Shown here in pieces: positions 1-7,883 of a DNA stretch of 64,000 bases. Location of the stretch: contig OZ241326.1 of NCBI GenBank assembly GCA_965199855.1, forward strand, positions 96,001-160,000. Direction: 5' to 3'. The position numbers and the translations under genes were made by a program. Numbering within the stretch: position 1 is the stretch's first letter; each line of letters begins with the position of its first letter. The notes under the pieces were generated by a model. That model was not told where the DNA came from. It ran no database searches and worked only from the letters and a program-made list of their open reading frames with translations. Origin of the DNA: a bacterium (GTDB lineage: Bacteria > UBA8248).

Positions 1-958
1 CATCGAGGTCGGGGAGATGGAGGCGCCCGAGCCCGGCGCGGGCGAAATCCGGGTGAGGCTCCGCGCCTCGGGCGTGAACCCGACGGACTGCAAGCGCCGC
101 GCCGGCCAGGGCGCGGAGGACTGGGGCTACTACCGGCACTTCCCGGACTATCCGAGAATCATCCCCAACAACGACGGCGCGGGCGTCGTGGAGAAGCTGG
201 GGCCCGGCGCGGCGGGGCATGAAGTCGGGGCGCGGGCATGGGTCTTCAACGCGCGCTACAGGCGCGCCTTCGGCGCGGCGGCGCAATACGTCTGCCTGCC
301 CGCGCGGCTCCTGGCGCCCCTGCCGGAGGGGGCTTCGTTCGCGCAGGGGGCGTGCCTGGGGATTCCCGCCATGACGGCGCACCGCTGCCTCTTCGCCGAC
401 GGCGCCATAGCGGACAAGACGGTGCTGGTGACCGGCGGCGCGGGCCGCGTGGGCCGCTGCGCGATACAGCTGGCGAAGCGGGCGGGGGCGCGCGTCATCG
501 CCACGGTGAGCTCCAACGCCAAGGCGAGGCTGGCGGAGGAGGCCGATCACCTCGTCAACTACCGCGAGGAGGACGCGGCGGGGAGAATTCTGGAGATCAC
601 CGGCGGCGAGGGCGTGGATCGCGTCGTGGACGTGAATCTGGGCGTGAACTGGGAGACGAACTACAAAATCCTGAAAACCGGCGGGGTGATCGCCTCCTAT
701 TCCTCCATGGGAGACCGCGCGCCCCGCTTTCCCCACTACGAGCTCATGCTCGGCAACGTCACCATCCGCCTGGTGATGATTCACTGCTGCCCGCCCGACG
801 CCCTGGCGCAGGCGGCGCGGGACGTCTCCCGCGCCCTTGAGGAGGGCGCGCTCCGCCCCCATGTCGCCAAACGCTTCCCGCTCGATGATCTCGCGGGCGC
901 GCACGAGGCCGTGGAGCGGGACGAGGCGGCGGGCCACGTGGTGGTGGATATCGACTGA
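1..958 (+). CDS. NADPH:quinone reductase (MDR/zeta-crystallin-like), 5' end outside window
   Basis: ASGVNPTD, GroES-like N-domain, VLVTGGAGRVG Rossmann motif; frame is open back to the window start (IEVGEMEAP...). Confidence 0.85.
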   Translation, partial: IEVGEMEAPEPGAGEIRVRLRASGVNPTDCKRRAGQGAEDWGYYRHFPDYPRIIPNNDGAGVVEKLGPGAAGHEVGARAWVFNARYRRAFGAAAQYVCLPARLLAPLPEGASFAQGACLGIPAMTAHRCLFADGAIADKTVLVTGGAGRVGRCAIQLAKRAGARVIATVSSNAKARLAEEADHLVNYREEDAAGRILEITGGEGVDRVVDVNLGVNWETNYKILKTGGVIASYSSMGDRAPRFPHYELMLGNVTIRLVMIHCCPPDALAQAARDVSRALEEGALRPHVAKRFPLDDLAGAHEAVERDEAAGHVVVDID

Positions 959-1013
959 GCGCGCCGCCGCCCCCGGAAAACGAGCATTCCCCCCGAAAAT
1001 TCCGCGTCCGAAT

Positions 1014-1029
1014 TGTTCCACGTGGAACA
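1014..1029. promoter_or_regulatory. parS: parS centromere-like site (ParB binding)
   Basis: Perfect palindrome TGTTCCACGTGGAACA matching the conserved parS consensus TGTTTCACGTGAAACA; palindrome extends 1012-1031; intergenic. Confidence 0.9.
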
Positions 1030-1350
1030 ATCGCGCGCGTCTGCCCGCATTTGCCCGCATCTGCGCTTCCGCGGAAGCGGCCGACAGGGTTATATTTCCG
1101 GCGTGGGGGAATTGCGCCTCCGGAAGGGGGGAAGACGGAAGAATCGGGGGCCGGGCGGGATGGTCAAAGGGGTCTCTAAAAGGTGGAAAACAGCTCTCTA
1201 TTTGCAGGATAAAGCCGTGAATTTGTCTGATTTTGCAGAAATTCGCAGACATTCACGCGCGGCGTTTCGGCGCGATCGATTCTTCCCCAAACGCCCGGGG
1301 AAACGCCTCCGCCCGGCGAATTCTCCGGCGCGGGAGGCTCCCGAATTGTC

Positions 1351-1887
1351 GGGCGACCCCGGGGAAGGGCCGTCCCTACGGGTGAGGGCGATGACGGTTT
1401 CGTAGGGGCGGTTCGGGAACCGCCCGCGCGTGGCCACCGATCGAAACGGGACGCATGAATGCGTCCCCTACGGTCGAGGCAACCGGTTTTCCGGCGGCGG
1501 ACGGGCGGGGACGGCGACGGTTTCGTAGGGGGCGCATATATGCGCCCCGCCCGTCCTTCGGCGCGGGGCGCGGGCTTCATCATTTCGCAGGGACAACCCC
1601 CTGTGGTTGTCCGTCATTGACGATGGGGAACGATTACAATCCCCTGGATTCCGGCCTTCGCCGGAATGACGGCGGGGGACGAAAATGGTTTCGTAGGGGC
1701 GGTTCGTGAACCGCCCGTTTTCAAGAACGATTCGCATCGGAGGCGGCGGGGCGCTCCCGAACGCCCCCTACGGGATGGCCGCGCGTCGTCGGGACGCGAA
1801 CGCGGCGAGGGACAACCACAGGAGGTTGTCCCTGCGAAAGCAATCCATTCGGCCGCCGCCGGCGGGCGATTCGGGAACCGCCCTTGC
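1351..1887. repeat. Mosaic cluster of REP-like palindromes (GTAG/GCAG type, BIME/REPIN-like)
   Basis: About 10 palindromic units, e.g. GTAGGGGCGGTTCGGGAACCGCCC 1402-1425, 1448-1471 (rev), 1525-1548, 1587-1612, CTGGATTCCGGCCTTCGCCGGAATGAC 1644-1670, 1693-1716, 1748-1771 (rev), 1809-1835 (rev), 1864-1887 (rev). Confidence 0.85.
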
Positions 1888-1927
1888 GGAAGAGTGATCA
1901 CGGTGGACAGCCCCCCCCGCGCGCTTC

Positions 1928-3160
1928 TCACGCGCCGGGCGCGATCCCCAGTTTTCTGAATCCCGACTCCAGGGCGTCGAGCGCCCTGTCGATTTGCGCC
2001 TCGGCGTGGGTCGCCATGAGGGTGGCCCGGAGCCTGCTCGTTCCCGGAGGCACCGTGGGCGGGCGAACCGCCAGCAGATAGACGCCCGCGGCCATCATGT
2101 AGTCCGCCAGGGCGAGCGCCTTTTCCGCCTCCCCGACGACGATCGGGAAAATCGGGACTTCCGCCCCGGGCGGCGGCGCGTCCGCGGCGACGCCGATGCG
2201 GCGCAGCCCGGCGCGAAAGCGCGCGCACAGACCCCTCAAATTCTCCCGGCGGCGCGCTCCCTCCTCGCCCGAGGCGAGGCGAAGGGCGGCGCGGGCGGCG
2301 GCGGCGGCGGCGGGCGGCGGGCTGGTCGAGTAGATGTAGGGGCGCGCCCGGTTGACGAGATAGTCCGCCGCGAGGGAATCCGCGCAGGCGAACGCGCCGC
2401 AGGAGGCGAGCGCCTTGCCCAGCGTGCCCATGGAGACGTCGATTTCCTCCTGCACCCCGAACCAGGCACCGCACCCCCCGCCCCGCTCGCCGAGCACCCC
2501 CGTGCCGTGGGCGTCGTCCACCAGCAGCATGGCGCCGCGGGCGCGCGCGAGGGCGCAGATGTCGGGAAGCGGCGCCAGGTCGCCGTCCATGCTGAACACC
2601 CCGTCCGTCACGATGAGCCTGCGCCGGGCGGAGGCGGCCTTCCTCAGGGCGTCCTCCAGGCGGTTCGCGTCCCCGTGGGGATAGACGTGGACGCGCGCCC
2701 GGGAGAGCCGGCACCCGTCCACGATGCTCGCGTGGTTGAGCTCGTCGCTGAAGACGGCGTCGCCCGCCCCGGCCAGTGCGGTGATGATGCCCAGGTTCGC
2801 CAGGAATCCCGACCCGAAGACGACCGCCCCCTCCTTCTCCTTGAAGGCGGCCAAGGCGCGCGCCAGCGCCTCGTGGTCTTCCATGTGGCCGGAGATCAGG
2901 GGAGAGGCGGACGCGCTCGCGCCCGAGGCGCGCAGGGCCTCCGCGGCCGCCCCGATGACGGCGGGATGATTCGCCAGACCCAGATAGTTGTTGCCCGAAA
3001 GGTTGATGAGGGTCTCGCCGCCGAAGCGCGCGGTCGGCCCCTGCCCCCCCTCCAGGACGCGCAGCCGCCGGCGCAGGTTCGCCGCCGAGAGCTCGCGCAG
3101 CTCCTCCGCCATCCGCGTCTTCCAGTCCCCCGGGGGGGCGCTTTCGCCGGCCTCGTCCAT
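1928..3160 (-). CDS. bioF: 8-amino-7-oxononanoate synthase
   Basis: NNYLGLA, DELNHASIVDG, TDGVFSMDGD, VDDAHG, GTLGKA (PLP Lys), RPPTVP motifs. Confidence 0.92.
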   Translation of the reverse strand: MDEAGESAPPGDWKTRMAEELRELSAANLRRRLRVLEGGQGPTARFGGETLINLSGNNYLGLANHPAVIGAAAEALRASGASASASPLISGHMEDHEALARALAAFKEKEGAVVFGSGFLANLGIITALAGAGDAVFSDELNHASIVDGCRLSRARVHVYPHGDANRLEDALRKAASARRRLIVTDGVFSMDGDLAPLPDICALARARGAMLLVDDAHGTGVLGERGGGCGAWFGVQEEIDVSMGTLGKALASCGAFACADSLAADYLVNRARPYIYSTSPPPAAAAAARAALRLASGEEGARRRENLRGLCARFRAGLRRIGVAADAPPPGAEVPIFPIVVGEAEKALALADYMMAAGVYLLAVRPPTVPPGTSRLRATLMATHAEAQIDRALDALESGFRKLGIAPGA

Positions 3161-3292
3161 GCGGGCATTGTAGAAAACCGGGGCGCGCCGGAAAAGCGGG
3201 AGGGCGGAAACCCTTGCGCCGCGCGGGGGATGGTGTCATTTTCAGCGCGAGCCGCCGCGCGGATTTCTCTCGACCGGGAAGGGCTTTCTCTC

Positions 3293-3667
3293 TTGAACTG
3301 GCTTTGGGTGGCGGGCGGCGGCGCCCTCGGCAGCGCGCTGCGCTACGGATGCGCCCTCGGCGTCCAGAGGTGGGCGGGCGGGAGCTGGCCCCTCGGCACG
3401 CTGGCGGTCAACCTGCTGGGCTCCTTCCTCATCGGCGGGACGTTCGGCCTGCTCCTCGTCCGGGATTCCCCGGGCGAGGGGGCGCGCCTGTTCCTCACGG
3501 CCGGCCTGCTGGGGGGATTCACCACCTTCTCCGCCTTCAGCATGGAGACCCTGCGCCTCCTCCAGGAGGGCGCCTGGCTCCCCGCCGCCCTCTACGTCGC
3601 GCTCTCGGCGGCGGGCGGCCTCCTCGCCGCCTGGGCGGGCTTCCAGCTCGCCGCCTGGCTGGCGTGA
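3293..3667 (+). CDS. crcB: Fluoride efflux channel FluC/CrcB
   Basis: GGALGSALRY, PLGTLAVN, GLLGGFTTFSAF motifs; TTG start at 3293; 124 aa. Confidence 0.93.
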   Translation: MNWLWVAGGGALGSALRYGCALGVQRWAGGSWPLGTLAVNLLGSFLIGGTFGLLLVRDSPGEGARLFLTAGLLGGFTTFSAFSMETLRLLQEGAWLPAALYVALSAAGGLLAAWAGFQLAAWLA

Positions 3668-3692
3668 CGGGGGCAAAAAAGTAATGATATAC

Positions 3693-3732
3693 TTGACACA
3701 CGTTGAATCATAGCCTATATTACGTGTATAAT
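3693..3732 (+). promoter_or_regulatory. Tandem sigma70-like promoters for the IS operon
   Basis: TTGACA(3693)-17-TATATT(3716) and TTGAAT(3703)-18-TATAAT(3727); SD AGGAGAGG before ATG 3748. Confidence 0.7.
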
Positions 3733-3747
3733 CAAACAGGAGAGGCT

Positions 3748-4667
3748 ATGATGCAATTCAACAACCTGCTGGAAATGGTAGAGACTTTCGACTCCGAGGA
3801 AAAGTGCATAGAGCATCTGGCGGCCTTGCGCTGGCCGGACAGGGTTATTTGCCCGAAGTGCGGATGCTTCGAGCATATCAACCCTATCAGGACGCGCAAC
3901 CTCTGGTGGTGCGGCGATTGCAAGAGACAATTCAGCGTCCGCATCGGGACGATATTCGAGGAGAGCCGCATCAGCCTCAAAAAATGGTTCAAGGCGATCT
4001 GGCTCATCACGAGCCACAAGAAGAGCATCAGTTCTCATCAGCTGGCCCGCGATATCGGCGTCACGCAGAAGACGGCGTGGTTTCTCAATCACCGCATCCG
4101 CGAGGTGATGGCCGAAATGGACAACGGCGGCGGTCTGTTCGGCGTGGTGGAGATAGACGATACCTATATCGGCGGCAAGGAAAAGAACAAGCACAACAAC
4201 AAGCGGACGCTCGGGAGTCAGGGGCGAAGCGGCAAGACGAAAGCGCGGTTATCGGCATGAAGGAGCGGGGCGGCAATCTCCGCGCCTTCAAGGTGGACAA
4301 CCTCAGAGGCGATACGATCCGCGTGGTGGTGAGCAAGAACGTGATCCCCGGATCCCACATCATCACGGACGAGTTCAGGGGCTATCGGGTCGTGGCGGAA
4401 GCCTACGCGCATGACAGCGTGAATCACTCCAAAGACGAATACGGGCGCGCCTCGCTCCATACGAACACCATCGAAAACGCATGGTCGTTGTTCAAGCGCG
4501 GCATCGTGGGCATCTACCACAAGATCAGCGACAAGCACCTGCAACGATACCTTGATGAGCTCATGGCGCGGGCGAACACGCGGGAGATCGCCGACCATGA
4601 GCGCGTCAACCGCTTTCTCGCGGGCGTCCACGGCCACCGCCTCACCTACGCGGAGTTCAAGTCGTGA
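3748..4667 (+). pseudogene. IS1595-family (ISXO2-like) DDE transposase, frameshifted near 4240
   Basis: Zn ribbon CPKC..CGDC, HTH, VEIDDTY in the first frame; TDEFRGY, VNH, HTNTIEN in a second frame; one A missing at ACG-AAA-GCG (4237-4245). Confidence 0.85.
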
Positions 4668-5587
4668 GCGGGCTGTCGTTCGAGCAGGCGCCGAGTTACG
4701 CGGCGAAGCCCGCCGCGCCGCGTGATACGTTCGTCAATATCGTCCACGGCGACTGCCTTGAAAAAATGCGGGAGATTGAGCCGGCAACAGTTCACCTGGT
4801 TGTCACCGACCCGCCCTATTTCCTCGACGGACTCGATGAGAAGTGGCGCAAGGGCAAGGCGGACGCGACAAGGGGGACGGGCGCGATAGGCGGCTTGCCC
4901 GTCGGGATGAAGTTCGACCCGGAGCAAGGGCGGCGGCTTCAAGCGTTCATGGGCGAATGCGGCGGTCTGATGCTGGACGCCATGAAGCCCGGAGCCTTCG
5001 CCGCCGTTTTCTCACAGCCCAGGCTGGCGCACCGCATGGCGTCAGGATTGGAAGATGCGGGGTTCGAGATACGCGACCTGCTGGCGTGGCACTTCACGCG
5101 GCGGGCGCAGTTCAAGGCGTTTTCGATGGATCACTTCGTGGACAAGATGAAAATCCCGACCGCCCGCAAGCGGACGATGAAGCGGGAATTGGCGGGGAGA
5201 AAAACGCCGCAGCTGCGCCCGCAGTTTGAGGCCGTCGTTCTCGCCCAGAAACCACGCGAGGGGACGTTCGTGAACAACTGGCTTGCCCACGAGACAGGGC
5301 TGATGGACGCATCCGCCAGCCTCGACGGAACCGCTCCGGCTACGGTGATGACGGTTGAGAAACCACACGACAGGAACGGACACCTCACGCCCAAGCCTAT
5401 CCTTCTTTGCGAACACCTGATCAATCTGTTCTCCAAGCCGGGGCAGGTCGTGCTTGATCCGTTCCTCGGAAGCGGCGCAACGGCAATCGCCGCCATGCGA
5501 ACGGGGCGCTCCTGCATCGGGATCGAGATCGAAGCAGACTACGCCCAAATGGCGGAAGAGAGACGACTGAGGGAGGCGCAACGATGA
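4664..5587 (+). CDS. Site-specific DNA methyltransferase (N6-A/N4-C, beta-class motif order)
   Basis: GDCL, VTDPPY catalytic motif, HLTPKP, VLDPFLGSG SAM-binding motif; GTGA overlap with the transposase stop. Confidence 0.9.
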   Translation: MSGLSFEQAPSYAAKPAAPRDTFVNIVHGDCLEKMREIEPATVHLVVTDPPYFLDGLDEKWRKGKADATRGTGAIGGLPVGMKFDPEQGRRLQAFMGECGGLMLDAMKPGAFAAVFSQPRLAHRMASGLEDAGFEIRDLLAWHFTRRAQFKAFSMDHFVDKMKIPTARKRTMKRELAGRKTPQLRPQFEAVVLAQKPREGTFVNNWLAHETGLMDASASLDGTAPATVMTVEKPHDRNGHLTPKPILLCEHLINLFSKPGQVVLDPFLGSGATAIAAMRTGRSCIGIEIEADYAQMAEERRLREAQR

Positions 5588-5889
5588 ACGGTATCCGGCC
5601 CAAGCAATTCGCTCGCATGGGAGAGTTCCACCTGGAAGAAGCCGTGCTGGACGTCCTGCTTGAAGCGAAGCACGAGAGCGAATGCCTGGGAGCGGCGGAA
5701 ATCAGCAAGCGGGCGGGCATCTATCGGGAACGCGGATCGGAGGACATTATGAATGACGCCATCGTTCATGGTCTGCTGGCGAAGCTGGCAGACGCAAACC
5801 GCGTTCAAAGATGCACGCAACAGAATCAGCGCGGCGGATGGGAGATCACGGACAGGGAGTTCGCTATCCGAAGGGACGACGTGCGTTAA
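5584..5889 (+). CDS. Small hypothetical protein, possible winged HTH; IS passenger
   Basis: ATGA overlap with the MTase; LGAAEISKRAG..LLAKLADANRV..GWEI pattern resembles a wHTH; stop codon lies inside the right TIR. Confidence 0.65.
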   Translation: MNGIRPKQFARMGEFHLEEAVLDVLLEAKHESECLGAAEISKRAGIYRERGSEDIMNDAIVHGLLAKLADANRVQRCTQQNQRGGWEITDREFAIRRDDVR

Positions 5890-5984
5890 GTATATCATTA
5901 CCAAAGCGAAATGTCTTTCAACCTGCGTCAAATGCGCTGTCGCCCCGGGTTTTTCTTTTCCCCGCGCGCTTCGCGCTCCCTCGC

Positions 5985-6108
5985 TCAGATCGAGCCCCAC
6001 TCCCCGCCGTCCACCTGGAGCGCCGCGCCCGATATGTAGCTCGCCCGCTCGCTGGCGAGAAAGGCGACCGCCGCCGATGGCGGCCTTGCCCCTCAGCCCC
6101 AGATCCAT
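5985..6108 (-). pseudogene. SDR oxidoreductase remnant with a large internal deletion
   Basis: Starts MDLGLRGKAAI (typical SDR N-terminus), then continues in another frame as AAVAFLASERASYISGAALQVDGGEWGSI* (typical SDR C-terminus). Confidence 0.75.
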
Positions 6109-6158
6109 TCGCTCATCCTCCGACGCGCGCCTTCCCGCCGGGCGCCTCCGGCGCGCGA

Positions 6159-6187
6159 TTGAGAAGCCCCCGCGCCCCCCGTATAAT
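6159..6187 (+). promoter_or_regulatory. sigma70-like promoter of the CMD-family gene
   Basis: TTGAGA-17-TATAAT. Confidence 0.65.
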
Positions 6188-6229
6188 CGGCGCGTCCCGC
6201 CGCCCGCCCGCCGACCGAAAGGGAGAACG

Positions 6230-6502
6230 ATGACGGAGCGCGCCGATTTTCGTCAATTCTACCGCGACGCCCACGAGGCGGACCTCCTCACCGACCGCGA
6301 GAAGCGGCTCATGGGCCTCGCCGTCGCCATCGCGCGAAACTGCCAGCCGTGAGTGGAGCGCCGCCTGGCGGACGCCGGGCGAGCGGGCATCGGCGAGGAG
6401 ACGCTCGACGCCGCCTTCGACCTGACGGCCGCCGTCATCGCCGGAATCGCCCAGAGCATGAACCATCGCTACAAGGCGTCGCGCGAGCGGGGCGGCGCGT
6501 AG
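6230..6502 (+). CDS. Carboxymuconolactone decarboxylase/AhpD-like protein with CxxU motif (putative selenoprotein, 90 aa)
   Basis: SD GGGAG, then MTERADFRQFY..LTDREKRLMGLAVAIARNCQP-TGA(6350-6352)-VERRLADAGRAGIGEETLDAAFDLTAAVIAG..TAG; CMD-type helical pattern continues after the UGA. Confidence 0.82.
6359..6385 (+). promoter_or_regulatory. Bacterial SECIS-like hairpin
   Basis: CGC-CGCCTGGC-[GGAC]-GCCGGGCG-A-GCG; apical loop starts with G and begins 17 nt after the UGA. Confidence 0.7.
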
Positions 6503-6512
6503 GGGCTTCGGC

Positions 6513-7064
6513 GTGACGGGCTGGATCAGGAAGATCCTCGCCTCGGAGGATCCGGCCCGCCTCCGCCCCTCGCGGGACGCGCGCCCCCCGCCGCAGGGAG
6601 AGGCGCCCGAGGATCGCCCCGACGTCCCCGTCAGGCCGGTCTGGCACTTCCTCATGTATTTCATCATGGGCGCGGGCTTCGACGCCCTGTTTCCCACCGA
6701 CGCCTTCCCCGAGGGGGCGCGCTTCACGCTGGGCGCCGGGCTGGTGGCGGCGGGGGCGGCGCTCCGCGCGGCCGCCATCGGACGCCTCGGAAAAGCCGGG
6801 ACGCGCCACGAGACGGACAGGCCCGCGCGCGTCCTCGTCACGGAGGGGCCCTACCGCCTCTCGCGCAACCCCATCTACCTGGGCCTCATCCTCTTCTATC
6901 TGGGGCTCGGCGTCTTTCTCAACAACTTCTGGATATTCGCCCTGGGCGCGCCCCTGTTCGCCACGATTCACGCGGTCGTCGTCGCGCGCGAGGAGGAATA
7001 CCTCGAAGGGAAATTCGGCGAGGCGTACCGCGCCTACCGCGAGAGGACGCGCCGCTGGCTGTGA
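6513..7064 (+). CDS. Isoprenylcysteine carboxylmethyltransferase/PEMT family membrane protein
   Basis: LVTEGPYRLSRNPIYLG and REEEYLEGKFGEAYRAY..RRWL motifs; start uncertain. Confidence 0.85.
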   Translation: MTGWIRKILASEDPARLRPSRDARPPPQGEAPEDRPDVPVRPVWHFLMYFIMGAGFDALFPTDAFPEGARFTLGAGLVAAGAALRAAAIGRLGKAGTRHETDRPARVLVTEGPYRLSRNPIYLGLILFYLGLGVFLNNFWIFALGAPLFATIHAVVVAREEEYLEGKFGEAYRAYRERTRRWL

Positions 7065-7095
7065 AGGCGCGGGAACGCGAAGCCCCGCTCCGGGC

Positions 7096-7701
7096 CTAGC
7101 GCACGCCCCTGGGTCTGGGCCGCGCCTTGCGCCTCGCTACCTCCTTCTTCACCTGGGCGGCCGATTTGCCGCCCGTCTCGACGCCATAGACCTCGCCCAC
7201 GCGGGTGTGCCTGTCCATCACGCGCATGAAGGCCAGGTCCGAGAGCTCGGCCAGCACCATCTCGCAGGTGCTGAAGATGGTGCAGCCCTCCACGAGGTGG
7301 CCGCCGAAGCAGGTCGCCTCGGGCCTCCCCATCGAGATGGTGACGTGGGCGTGGAGATAGGGCTCGCCCTTTTCGGTCTGGGTGATGTTCCCGCTCATCT
7401 GGAGCAGTTCGAGCGGGCCGTTGATGGGCGTGAAGATGCGGCACTCGTCGTTGATGGGAAACGGATCGGGAAACCGCCAGACGTTCCTCAGCACCGCCTT
7501 CTGCAGGCTCGCCGCCACGCTCAGGATGACGCCCGCCTTCACCCCCTTTTCCCGGCAGATTTTGAGCGTCGTGCCGAACAGGTCGTCCCCCGGCGCCATG
7601 CGGACGGCGAGGACGCGGCCGATGCCCGCCTCGGCCACGTCGTAGCGGGGCTTGCGGGTCTTCCAGTCGGAGTTGTCGAAGTTCGTGAGCTTTCTCGCCA
7701 T
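7096..7701 (-). CDS. PPC domain (DUF296) protein
   Basis: RMAPGDDL, LELLQMSGNI, LHAHV, GGHL motifs; ATG at 7701. Confidence 0.85.
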   Translation of the reverse strand: MARKLTNFDNSDWKTRKPRYDVAEAGIGRVLAVRMAPGDDLFGTTLKICREKGVKAGVILSVAASLQKAVLRNVWRFPDPFPINDECRIFTPINGPLELLQMSGNITQTEKGEPYLHAHVTISMGRPEATCFGGHLVEGCTIFSTCEMVLAELSDLAFMRVMDRHTRVGEVYGVETGGKSAAQVKKEVARRKARPRPRGVR

Positions 7702-7883
7702 GGATTCTTTCTCCCCCAGAGGCTTCCCGCCTCGCGCTGGAAAAAGTGAAAGGGTGAATGCCGAAGAGCGCCTTCGGCGCGCGCCCCCGAGCCGGGAGCG
7801 CGGACGCATTCTAGGCCCGCGGCGGCGAAATGAAAACCGCCCCGGCGGCCCGGCGCTCCGCGCGGGGAGGCGCGGAGGCCGCC

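Larger units (their letters stand above)
3680..5902 (+). mobile_element. IS1595-family element carrying passenger genes (transporter IS)
   Basis: Terminal inverted repeats: left AGTAATGATATACTTGACACAC (3680-3701) vs reverse complement of right 5881-5902 GGTAATGATATACTTAACGCAC; encloses transposase, MTase and a small ORF; lower GC than flanks; no target-site duplication seen. Confidence 0.88.

Noticed and set aside
1175-1260. oriC / DnaA-box cluster
   Set aside because: AT-rich, but no good TTATCCACA matches were seen.
1351-1887. CRISPR array
   Set aside because: Units differ in sequence, alternate in orientation and have irregular spacing; there are no cas genes. The pattern is REP-like.
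3222-3292. Fluoride riboswitch upstream of crcB (GGGGATGGTGTC resembles its 5' end)
   Set aside because: The closing stem and the downstream CUGAUG element are absent; the sequence is better explained as a TTGCGC..CATTTT promoter.
4664-5889. Complete type II restriction-modification system
   Set aside because: The 101-aa partner is short and shows no PD-(D/E)xK, HNH or GIY-YIG motif.
3672-5910. Target-site duplication of the IS1595 element
   Set aside because: The flanks GGCAAAAA and AAAGCGAA do not match.
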